A stretch of DNA of 64,000 bases, taken from the NCBI GenBank assembly GCA_963728405.1, contig CAVSJV010000017.1, positions 96,001-160,000 on the forward strand, read 5' to 3'. The DNA comes from Methanomassiliicoccaceae archaeon. Its GTDB lineage: Archaea; Thermoplasmatota; Thermoplasmata; Methanomassiliicoccales; Methanomassiliicoccaceae. Below, in pieces: positions 52,106 through 61,716 of this stretch (position 1 is its first letter; every line of letters starts with the position of its first letter). The notes under the pieces were generated by a model. It had not been told where the DNA came from and did no database searches. It worked only from the letters and a program-made list of their open reading frames with translations. The position numbers were made by a program, and so were the translations under genes.

Positions 52106-52966
52106 TCAAGCAGCCTTGATGCCAGCCAGGCGGTCAGCGATCTCCTGTTCCGTCATGCCGATGAGCGGGAAGAAGGCGGGGTGGTCGAAGGGCAGGGCCT
52201 TTATCGTCTCCAGGTCCCCTAGACCATAACCGTAGACCGCAGCGAGGGCCTTTCCGTCCCTCATGACCGGTCCGAGGTCGGAACCGACCACGATCTTCAG
52301 TTTGGGGTCCCAGGCCTGGAGGATCGCCGCCGCCCCGTGCTCGTCCACCGTCAGGATGGTCGCTCGGCATCCCCGCTTCATCAGCATCCAGGCCGCGAGG
52401 GCATCGCGCTCGTCCCGGACCACGGCCACGACCTTCCCTTGACTTCCCATGGGCAGACCGCCTGGCCCCGACATATACTCGCTGAAGAGGTAGGCTTTCT
52501 TGTCCCGGACCTCCACATAGAAGGTCACGTCCGGGCGGGTCAGGTTTACCCTCACTCCCCGTTCCTCGTTGGCCAGGAAGATGGCTGACCCGACCTCCCG
52601 CCCAACATCCATGCTCTTGTAGGGGTGATTACCCTCCCGGCGGGCCTTGACCGCGAACGATTGACCATCCTTTAGCACATCGCGGGAGTATGCGGCCGCT
52701 GCCTTCTGCATCGCCTCCATCGCGCTGTCGCCGACCAGGGCCGGGGACACCGACGCTACGCCGAACACTCGTTGCAGTACCTGGGCCGCCTCGTCCACCT
52801 TGTCGGTGGTGACGTATATCCTTCCCTGCTGCGAATCGATCAGGGCCTCCAGGCCGTGGGCGGCCAGAGCGGATAGCATGTTGTCCATCAGAATGGTCTC
52901 GAAATAGCGGCGTACGCTGGAGCTTTTCAGACCGACCTCGGCGTAACGGACCAGTATGATATCCAC
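52106..52966 (-). CDS. ThiI-like THUMP protein with degenerate PP-loop
   Basis: ILVRYAEVGLKS, THUMP, GGLPMG, AWMLMKRG, but no SGGxDS. Confidence 0.85.
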   Translation of the reverse strand: MDIILVRYAEVGLKSSSVRRYFETILMDNMLSALAAHGLEALIDSQQGRIYVTTDKVDEAAQVLQRVFGVASVSPALVGDSAMEAMQKAAAAYSRDVLKDGQSFAVKARREGNHPYKSMDVGREVGSAIFLANEERGVRVNLTRPDVTFYVEVRDKKAYLFSEYMSGPGGLPMGSQGKVVAVVRDERDALAAWMLMKRGCRATILTVDEHGAAAILQAWDPKLKIVVGSDLGPVMRDGKALAAVYGYGLGDLETIKALPFDHPAFFPLIGMTEQEIADRLAGIKAA

Positions 52967-53028
52967 GGGGCCGTGATGGCCGCTGCAGTTATTAGGTTTT
53001 CGCGGACCTAGTTTTTATAATCTCAGCA

Positions 53029-53883
53029 ATGCCTTGGACGACCATAATGGACGTCCTGCTCGCGCTGGGAATATTTATCACAGCTATCCTGGCCGGCCTG
53101 ATCGGCTCGATGTTCGGCATAGGGGGAGGGATCATCATCATTCCCGCGCTGACCATCGTCTTCGGCCTCCCGCTCAAGGAGGTCATCGGCGCCAGCCTGA
53201 TCGGGGTCATCGCCTCTTCCACCGGAGCGGCGTCCCGCTACGTCGGTGAAGGTATCGTCAACATCCGCCTGGGAATGATCCTGGAGCCTGCCACCACCAT
53301 CGGCTCGGTGGTCGGGGCATTCCTGGCCATCTACCTTAACCAGTATGTTCTGGCCGGTGCGTTCGCCCTGGTGCTGGTGTACAGCGCGTACTATATGCTG
53401 CGCCGTCCGGAAGTAACGATCCACTCCGACAAGGAACAATGTTATCCCTATCTCTCGGGCCAATATGACGATCTCATCACCGGGAAACGGATCTGTTATT
53501 CAGTACGTAACCTGAAAAAAGGTTTGCTGGCAAGCTTCGGTGCCGGTAACATGTCCGGCATGCTGGGCATCGGGGGTGGGATCGTGAAGGTCCCAGTAAT
53601 GAACGTCTGGATGGGCGTGCCGATGCGGGCGGCCAGCGCGACCAGCAACTTCATGATCGGCGTCACCGCCCTGGCCGGCGCGGCCGTGTTCTACGTCAAC
53701 GGGCTCATCTCCCCGGTCCTGACGGCCACGGTGGCGGTGGGAGCGTTCGCCGGTGCATATATCGGGCCGCATATATCGAAGCGAACTGCAGGAGCGACCC
53801 TTCGCCGATACTTCGCGGTGTTCATGATCGCCATCGCCATCATCATGATGCTGAAGGCCATCGGCCTACAGGTGGGGCTATGA
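53029..53883 (+). CDS. TSUP (TauE/SafE) sulfite/sulfur-compound exporter
   Basis: Two GIGGG repeats, ATSNFMIGVTA. Confidence 0.92.
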   Translation: MPWTTIMDVLLALGIFITAILAGLIGSMFGIGGGIIIIPALTIVFGLPLKEVIGASLIGVIASSTGAASRYVGEGIVNIRLGMILEPATTIGSVVGAFLAIYLNQYVLAGAFALVLVYSAYYMLRRPEVTIHSDKEQCYPYLSGQYDDLITGKRICYSVRNLKKGLLASFGAGNMSGMLGIGGGIVKVPVMNVWMGVPMRAASATSNFMIGVTALAGAAVFYVNGLISPVLTATVAVGAFAGAYIGPHISKRTAGATLRRYFAVFMIAIAIIMMLKAIGLQVGL

Positions 53884-54224
53884 TGGACGGCCACCCGCAT
53901 ACCCGCATCGACCGCTGGGTCCGGGCGGTCCTGATATGGGGAATGGTGCTAAGCGTATCAGTGATGCTGATCGGCCTATTCCTGTATGCCCTCTCACCGA
54001 CCGGGAACTATGAGGTGGACCTCTCCCTGGGGGATATTGCCGCGGGCATCATGAATGGCAACCCCATCGCAGTGATCGATCTGGGTATCGTGCTCCTGAT
54101 CGCTACTCCGCTGACCCGGGTGGTGACCGCCCTGACCGTGTTCCTGGTCGATGGGGAGATGAGGTTCGTGCTGGTCTCTCTCCTGGTCCTGGGGGTCATC
54201 ACCTTCGCCATCCTTGTAGGGTAG
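53880..54224 (+). CDS. DUF1634 membrane protein
   Basis: LGIVLLIATP..RV; usual partner of TSUP genes. Confidence 0.88.
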   Translation: MMDGHPHTRIDRWVRAVLIWGMVLSVSVMLIGLFLYALSPTGNYEVDLSLGDIAAGIMNGNPIAVIDLGIVLLIATPLTRVVTALTVFLVDGEMRFVLVSLLVLGVITFAILVG

Positions 54225-54299
54225 GTCCATTATTGTACTGGACGTCCGGATGCAAAGGTTCTTCAAGCGCCTTCGAATCTACTCCTGGGATGCGAAGGG

Positions 54300-55631
54300 A
54301 TGGGCGAACGCAAGGCCAACGATGAGAAGTGGTACTACTCCTTCCTGCCGAACAACATGGCCGGTGGGAGCACCTCACCGCTGATTCCACTGTTCCTTAC
54401 CGAAGGACTGGGCGGCACGGTGGCCCAGGTCGGCCTGCTGAGCGCGATCGCCTCGGCGGCCTCAGTGCCGTCGAACATCTTGTGGGGCAATCTCTCCGAT
54501 GCGGTCAAGAAGAGGCGGCTCTTCGTCCTTATCGGCTTCGGGGGCATGGCCATGGCCCTCCTCATGATGGGGCTGGCCACGAACCTCTACCAGTATATGG
54601 TGGCCAACTTCATGCTCGGCCTGCTGTCCACCGCCGCCGCGCCGGTGGGAACGGTTCTCATACTGGAGACGTTCAAAAAGGGGGAGTGGGCCAAACGGCT
54701 GGGAGATTTCAGCAAGGTTGGGGGCATAGGCTGGGTCACCGGCCTGGTACTGGGCACCATCTGGTTGAGCGCATTCTCCGGAGCGGCCGAACCCGCATTG
54801 GCCATGCGGGCGCTGTTCATACTGGCCGCGGGCCTGGCAATGGTGTCGATGATCCTGGCGTTCAAATGGGTGCCCGAGCCGGACGAGAATGTGGACCGGG
54901 ACACCATCAATGGGGCCATCAGCAAAGTGCCGCTGTTCGCCTTCGAGCGGGCCAGGTACATGCCTCAGCGCATCGTTCACATGCTCAAGATAAGCACTAA
55001 GAATCTGCACGTCGAGAACTTCCCGGTCAATCTGCGTCGCTACTACATCTTCACCTTCATCATCTTCACGGGTTTCCTGACCTTCTATGTCGCCCTCCCT
55101 ATCTTTCTCAAGCAGTATGTGGGCATGAGCACCGCCGACATCTTCATCATCTATGTGGCCTCCTCGGCGGTATCGGCTATCACCTACTCGCAGGCCGGGA
55201 AATGGGCGACCAGGTTCGGGAGCAAGAAGCTACAAGCAGGGGCCCTCATTGGTCGCATATTCCTGTTCCCCTCGTTCTTCCTGGTGACCCTCTTGAACCT
55301 GCCCTCCCCCGCGCTGCTGGTGATGTTCTGCATCCTTCAAGGCCTAATGGGCTTCTGCTGGGCCAACATTTCAGTGGGCGGCAGCCACATCGTCTCCAAC
55401 ATCTGCAACCAGGAATGTCGTGCCGAATCGACCGGCGTGTACAACGCCATGCAGGGGACGGCCACGGTGGCTGGCGCGCTCATCGGCGGGTTCGTCGCCC
55501 AGTACCTAGGCTATGAAGCATTGTTCTTCACATCCTCGGCCTTCCTGGTGATCGGCTTGGCCATGCTGACAAGAATAAATACGGAAAAGGGGACGGCCGG
55601 GAAGGAAACCCCGGAAACGGCCCGAAACTAG
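54300..55631 (+). CDS. MFS transporter
   Basis: WGNLSDAVKKRR motif A; about 12 TMs. Confidence 0.9.
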   Translation: MGERKANDEKWYYSFLPNNMAGGSTSPLIPLFLTEGLGGTVAQVGLLSAIASAASVPSNILWGNLSDAVKKRRLFVLIGFGGMAMALLMMGLATNLYQYMVANFMLGLLSTAAAPVGTVLILETFKKGEWAKRLGDFSKVGGIGWVTGLVLGTIWLSAFSGAAEPALAMRALFILAAGLAMVSMILAFKWVPEPDENVDRDTINGAISKVPLFAFERARYMPQRIVHMLKISTKNLHVENFPVNLRRYYIFTFIIFTGFLTFYVALPIFLKQYVGMSTADIFIIYVASSAVSAITYSQAGKWATRFGSKKLQAGALIGRIFLFPSFFLVTLLNLPSPALLVMFCILQGLMGFCWANISVGGSHIVSNICNQECRAESTGVYNAMQGTATVAGALIGGFVAQYLGYEALFFTSSAFLVIGLAMLTRINTEKGTAGKETPETARN

Positions 55632-55634
55632 AGT

Positions 55635-56066
55635 CTACTTCATCATTCCAGCGAGATTCCTACCGTAGACAACGGCCAGGTTCTCTTCGCCATCCATTAG
55701 GGCCTTGCTCGGCCCCAGGCTGAAGTAGGTCCACGAAGTCAGGTTAACGTTGCCGCCCTTGAGGATCACGGCCAGCTTCTCAGCCATGCCCGAGGACGAA
55801 CCCGCCAGTCTGGTGTCGAAGACCGCCGCGCTATGCTTGCCGTTGGTCCCGATCGATTTCTTCAGCAACCCCTGGATCTTGCGCCCGGCAAAGAACCCGC
55901 TGGATGGCCCTCCGACGACCCAATACTCGGCCTTTTGAAGGTCCGAGGATGATATATTTCCGACAGCCTTGCACTCAACGTCGGCAATTCCGCTCTGCTT
56001 CAAACCGGAGCAGATGGCCTGCGCGACTTTCTCCGTGTTGCCCTCATAGACAACTAGTGTCTTCAT
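55635..56066 (-). CDS. Flavodoxin-like protein
   Basis: TLVVYEGNTEKVA, VVGGP, AVFDTR. Confidence 0.8.
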   Translation of the reverse strand: MKTLVVYEGNTEKVAQAICSGLKQSGIADVECKAVGNISSSDLQKAEYWVVGGPSSGFFAGRKIQGLLKKSIGTNGKHSAAVFDTRLAGSSSGMAEKLAVILKGGNVNLTSWTYFSLGPSKALMDGEENLAVVYGRNLAGMMK

Positions 56067-56367
56067 TCAGGAATCCCCCTTTTCTCCTGTTTAACAATAT
56101 CTTACCGTCCATATACTTATGAGTGTATATCTTTTTCTACAATGCAAGACGGTGGAGCGATGTTTACATTCTAGGGCCCAGTAGTTTTAATATTTATAAT
56201 AATTTTTTATTTTTAGAATATAAACTGGAAAGATCCGATATCGATCGTACTCCTGGCACTCCTGTCGAGAACGCCATTGGTCCGATCTGCGAACGCTCAG
56301 AACCCTCCTAGGTGGAGCACTGAACGGGGACGATCGATCGTCCCCAGCGGCCCTGACTGGTTAAGTC

Positions 56368-57180
56368 CTAATAGTTCAGGGCTTCCTGCACGATCTTCGA
56401 CATGTCCTCGATGTTGTAGGTGGTGCCGCAGTAGGAGCAGAACTTTAGCCCAGACACGCTGGAGTTCTTGTCGATAGTGATGCTGGCCCCGCAGTTGTGG
56501 CACTTGTATGGAACTGCCAGCCCCTTCGTCCCGATCTGCTCGATGAGCTGGTTCATGTCCACGGTGACATGCTTGACCGTCTGCATCCTGGTCTTCTCCC
56601 GAGCCTTACCGGCCTGCGTCCACAGCTTGTGACCCTCGTAGATCTTGGCCGCACCCTCGAAGTTGCCGGCCCGCTCCATGTTGATGGCCGTACGGAAGTC
56701 GGTGACGTCCGTTCTGCTGGGAACGGCGCTGGCGTTGGCTGAGCTCCAATCCTTCACGATGTTTGCCATCACCGGGTCGTTTTCGGTGATTATCTTCAGC
56801 TCGGCGTTCCACTTTTCGCTCTCGGCCACTTTGGCCAGGTGGGCCTGCTCATTCTCGACCTTGACCTTATCCTGGCAGGCCAAGCATAGCATGGTCCCGC
56901 TGCTCCCATACTTCTTCTTCTCGGCCTTGATGGTTTCGAATGCAGCGAGGTTGATCAACACGAGGACTACGATCGCTGCCAGGATACTATTGTCATTGAT
57001 GAAAGAGAGTTCCGGGAATACAGGGTCCCCTCCAATCCTATCGACGATCGTCAAGAAGGCTAAGAATAGGACAACCATGCAAAAAAAAGTGACGATCGCT
57101 CGGACGCCGTTCACGGCCCTTATCTTGGTGAACGAACGACCACACTTCTTACAACGGTTATCCTGTGGAGCCACCTCCAC
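56368..57180 (-). CDS. Membrane protein with multiple Zn-ribbons
   Basis: CKKC, two TMs, CLAC, TPR-like helix, CHNC...CSYC; start uncertain (GTG 57174 or 57180). Confidence 0.7.
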   Translation of the reverse strand: MEVAPQDNRCKKCGRSFTKIRAVNGVRAIVTFFCMVVLFLAFLTIVDRIGGDPVFPELSFINDNSILAAIVVLVLINLAAFETIKAEKKKYGSSGTMLCLACQDKVKVENEQAHLAKVAESEKWNAELKIITENDPVMANIVKDWSSANASAVPSRTDVTDFRTAINMERAGNFEGAAKIYEGHKLWTQAGKAREKTRMQTVKHVTVDMNQLIEQIGTKGLAVPYKCHNCGASITIDKNSSVSGLKFCSYCGTTYNIEDMSKIVQEALNY

Positions 57181-57437
57181 TGGTAATCTAAGGAACGATA
57201 AAAAGGCTTCCAAACGATTATTCTTTTTTAAATCTGGCCATGGCCATAATGCCAGTTGCACAAGCATCTCATTTGCAAATTGTCCGGAACCTATATGCTT
57301 TTATAACCGCCACTTACGAGGTTGAGTATGATTAGACCTTAAGGCTGCATCGAATGTTAATGGCCATAACAAAATACCATATTTTTCAGACCGAGCCAAA
57401 AAGAGCAAATCATTCCACTTCTGTTGTAGAGATGAAT

Positions 57438-58107
57438 ATGGTCAACCAACTCGAATTTGTTCCCATAGATACGCTTCGACGACTGGAGTGGCCCAGAGCG
57501 TGCTTCCCTGCTAGTCCGTCACGCAGAAAGATATCCCCTCCAGAGCGCATTGAACAATCATCACTTGAGATTAACGGAAAGGGGAAAGCGGGATGCTCAA
57601 CACTTCGGAGCACAGCTGCATAAATACCAACGGATAAGGCTTTACCACAGTCCGGCCAAAAGATGTCGAGAAACGGCTCAGGCCATTGCTAAAGGGGCCG
57701 ACCAGATTGGTGCTGACATCATTATCATAGAAGAGGACCAAGGGCTCAGTTGGACCACCTGCGTACTAAATGACCACTGCTTGCTGATGGTTGAACGCAT
57801 GGGCCATGACTTCATTCGCGAGTGGTTCCTAGGGAAGGTTGACCCAACCCTTATCAAAAGCATATCGGCGACATCTAGCGAAATGGCAGATCATTTGATT
57901 CAACGCTTTGCCGAAGAGGATACCCCGGGGCTGCTCGATATAAACGTTAGCCACGATTGGAACATCCTGGCGTTGAGAGAGAACTATCTGAACCTGAGAA
58001 ATGAAGATGCCGGTTGGATTGGTTTTCTAGACGGCCTAGCCCTCTATTCATTCAATGGATCTGTTTCCCTTGCTTATGGCGCCGAATCCATACTGCTAGG
58101 CCGTTGA
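57438..58107 (+). CDS. Histidine phosphatase, paralog of 20820-21488 (5' frameshift near 57500)
   Basis: LLVRHAER lies in frame upstream of the 57550 ORF; HSPAKRCRETA and VSHDWNI; lower GC. Confidence 0.75.
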
Positions 58108-58432
58108 CATCGCTACGGGTCGGGAAAGGCGATCATGGTCTCGGAGAACATTGTTGATGCAGCTCTCCATTACCCGAGCCCATCTGTTCCCCCATCCCTT
58201 TGGTCGCAACCAGTTAACCGTCGACGTCCCATCCACTGCTGGATTCAGGTAGGATAATTTCATTGGCTTGGTCCGAGCATTATCATTGTTCGACCCCTCT
58301 GGACATTCTAGCACGTTTCCCGTCTAGTTAAAAGTCGCTAGTGATCTTACTCTTTGAGCATCCGGGGGGTTGACGATATTGGTCAATGGCGGAAGAGTTA
58401 GGTCGCAAATCGGTCTAGAGAACAAGGGTAAG

Positions 58433-58478
58433 AAAAGTGCAGGGGAAGGGGATTTGAGCCCCTGAACCACCAAGGATA
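58433..58478 (-). repeat. Degenerate copy of the tRNA-Leu 3' half (att-like)
   Basis: Matches 59283-59327 with two substitutions and one extra G. Confidence 0.9.
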
Positions 58479-58616
58479 TCTTGGATTTAGACGGCCTGGC
58501 TTGATCCAATGGAGGTTTGAAGGAGCCATCTGAGGCCCGCCGGGCGCCTTCCACCAATGGTCACAAAGCCCAATTAAGGTGAGAGTGGTTCCATATTGAA
58601 AATGTGAGGTATACAA

Positions 58617-59093
58617 ATGGATAGGAGGACAGGCATCAGTGGGTTGACGGGCATGTTCAAGGATAGTGTCGCCGGGGTACCCGATGGCGCAAGAGTAAGC
58701 TTTGCCGGTTCGGTGGCGGTATGCACACCGTTTGCAGAGCTTCTGTCGTACGCCGTGAAGGACCGTGGCTTTCAGTTGACCTACCTGCCTAAGGCAGATC
58801 CATCCAAGGCCCGTCTGATGCGATGGGTAGAGGACGTGGGTTACTCCGTCACTGATGAGAGAATAAATGCGGTTAAGGCTGACGTCATCGTAATCCTCGG
58901 TGGGCTAGCTATGCCCAAGTTCGGTTGCTCAGTCGAGACAGTAGAATCCTTGATCGGCCGAACAGGAGCAGAGGGAGCAAAGATCATCGGAGTATGCTTC
59001 ATGGACATCTTCACGAGGAGCGGATGGAGGGACCGCATCCGTTTTGATACGATCATAAATGCAAACATGGAAGTGGAAGCCCAACTTAGTTAA
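58617..59093 (+). CDS. DUF2124-family protein
   Basis: CTPFAELLSY, LGGLAMP, GVCFMDIF..GW. Confidence 0.85.
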   Translation: MDRRTGISGLTGMFKDSVAGVPDGARVSFAGSVAVCTPFAELLSYAVKDRGFQLTYLPKADPSKARLMRWVEDVGYSVTDERINAVKADVIVILGGLAMPKFGCSVETVESLIGRTGAEGAKIIGVCFMDIFTRSGWRDRIRFDTIINANMEVEAQLS

Positions 59094-59287
59094 GGACGAG
59101 GTCGGCCTGGCGATTATATCCGTACCGGGAAGCGCCCTTTCCCTACAGCACCATCCGCTTCCCGAAAGATAATGACAATCTGGGACCATTCATGGAGCTA
59201 GAAGTTCCATCGAGGTAAAGGCAGGATGCGGAGAAAATCCGATAAGATTAACGGAGGGCCGCGGTAGGTTGAAAGTAGAAACAAAAG

Positions 59288-59371
59288 TGCAGGGGAAGGG
59301 ATTTGAACCCCTGAACCACTAAGGATAAGACCCTGAATCTTACGCCGTTGGCCAAGCTTGGCTACCCCTGC
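59288..59371 (-). tRNA. tRNA-Leu(CAG)
   Basis: GCAGGGG acceptor stem, TAAGA-TTCAGGG-TCTTA anticodon arm, variable arm, GGTTCAAATCC. Confidence 0.96.
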
Positions 59372-59570
59372 TTGTACTCGCACCTTATACTGGAATTGGA
59401 TATAAACCTTACTCCAGGGAGTGGTCGAACGGGGACGAGAATGGTTCCCATTCACATGGTCGACAGGACTCGTAACAGCGATCCTGCACACCCCCACTTC
59501 GATATCGTTCGCATCCCTTGGAAAGATTATATCTCCCAATGATATGAGGATATAGGGATGGGCATTCCGC

Positions 59571-61716
59571 ATGGTGCATTCAGAGAACTCTCTGCAATCA
59601 AATAACGACGATATCGACGAGGATCTTAAGAACATCACCTCACTGGACGATCCGAGATTGTTCATCAATCGTGAGCTTAGCTGGCTCGACTTCAACCGCC
59701 GCGTCCTGGAGGAAGCGGAAGATCCTACCCAGCCCCTCTTGGAAAGAGTAAAGTTCCTGGCCATATGCGGTGGCAACCTCGACGAGCTCTTCATGTCCCG
59801 TGTGCCCGGGTTGGTCCGTCAGGCCGCCAAGGGCGCGTTGGAAGCCCCGGCCGACGGCATGACTCCCATGGAGCAGCTGGAGGCCATCAAAGAGACGGTC
59901 GACTCCATTCTATCTGATTACGCTCGAGTATGGAATGGAGCAGATCCTCCCAGGATTGGACTCCCGAGGCATCCACATCCACCACATGGAGGATCTCGAG
60001 CAGTATCAGCGGACCGCGCTCCGCCAATTCTTCGAGCTCAACCTGTTCCCTATCCTCACGCCGCTGGCGTTCGATATCAACCATCCCTTCCCCTTCATCT
60101 CCAGCGGAGCGATCAACCTGGCCGTGGTGATTCGAGACACCGCCGGTCACGAGAAGTTCGCCCGCGTCAAGGTGCCTACGGGCGGCCTGTTCCCTCGCCT
60201 TATCCGGGTCGACCAGGAGAAGGCCAACCGTCCCCACGACGCCCACTTCGTTTTCCTAGAGGACGTGGTGAAGGCCAACCTGGACATGTTGTTCAGCGGC
60301 GTCAATGTAGTGGCCGCGCATGCCTTTCGGGCGACCAGGGACGCAGAGTTCGAGATCGAGCTGGACGAGACCTCGGACCTCCTGACCGCGATGGAGGAGG
60401 GGTTGGAATCGAGGAGGGTAGGAGAGCCGGTCCGCCTGGAGGTAGATCAGGACATGCCAGATCGCATCGCCGATATGCTGGCCTCGAAGATGGAGCTTCC
60501 CTCCCATCTCATTTACCGCTCCTCCATCCCCCTAGCCCTGGTGGACCTGTGGCAGCTCCATGACCTGCACCGCTCCGACCTGCTCGATCCTCCCTTCCTG
60601 CCGTTCACGCCCAAGCTGCTGGCCAATGAGAAGACCATATTCAACAACGTGGCCGAGCACGACATGATCCTATACCATCCGTACGATGGTTTCCAACCGG
60701 TCATCAGCCTGTTAAAAGAGGCCGCGGTCGACCCCGATGTATTAGCCATCAAGATCACCTTCTATCGTATCGATTCCGGCTCTCCCCTGGTGGAGGCGCT
60801 GATGGAGGCCCGGCGCAATGGCAAGGCCGTCGCCGCAGTGGTGGAGCTGAAGGCCAAGTTCGACGAGACCAACAACATCACCTGGGCAAGGCAGCTGGAA
60901 CAAGCGGGAGTGCATGTCGTTTACGGCCCTGTGGACATCAAGATCCACGCCAAGATGTGCCTCATCGTCAAGCGGAGCAGGAACGGTCTGGTCCGCGTCT
61001 GTCACCTATCGTCAGGCAACTACAACTCCAAGACCGCCCGGGTCTACGGGGACATCGGGTACCTCACCTCGGACCCGGACATCGCCGCGGACGTCTCGGA
61101 TCTGTTCAACGCCCTTACTGGCTATTGCAAGATGGAAGAGTACAAGAAGCTCCTTGTATCACCCGATGGCATTCGCAGGGGCATGGTGGAGAGGATCGAC
61201 CGGGAGATAGCCAAGCACAAGGAGAAGGGCAACGGCCGTCTAGCCTTCAAGCTTAACGCGCTCATCGACAAGGGCATCATCCAGGCGATCTACCGCGCGT
61301 CCATGGCGGGGGTGAGGATTGACCTGAACGTCAGGGGCATGTGCAGTCTCCGACCTGGCATCCCGGGCATCAGCGACAATATTAGGGTCACCTCGATCGT
61401 ATCGAGGTTCCTGGAACACTCCCGCATATACTATTTTCATAACGACGGTGAGGAGGAAGTTCTTCTGGGCTCCTCGGACATGATGACCCGCAACCTGGAC
61501 CGTCGGGTGGAGATCCTGTTCCCGGTTCGGAACAAACTACTAAAGAAGGCCATCGTAAAGGACATTCTGGAAGTCCATCTCCGCGATAATGTGAAGGCGC
61601 GCGAGCTGCTGCCGAGCGGCCAATGGGTCAAGGTACAGCGGAAGGAAGGGGAAGACCCCTTCAGCTCCCAGGACTGGCTCCTGACACACCGGGGGGTCTG
61701 GCATGGGGAAAAGTGA
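59571..61716 (+). CDS. ppk1: Polyphosphate kinase 1 (frameshift near 59937)
   Basis: [53 protein letters not shown]. Confidence 0.95.

Noticed and set aside
58433-58478. Second functional or split tRNA-Leu
   Set aside because: Only the 3' half is present, the T-loop is mutated, and no bulge-helix-bulge or complementary leader was seen
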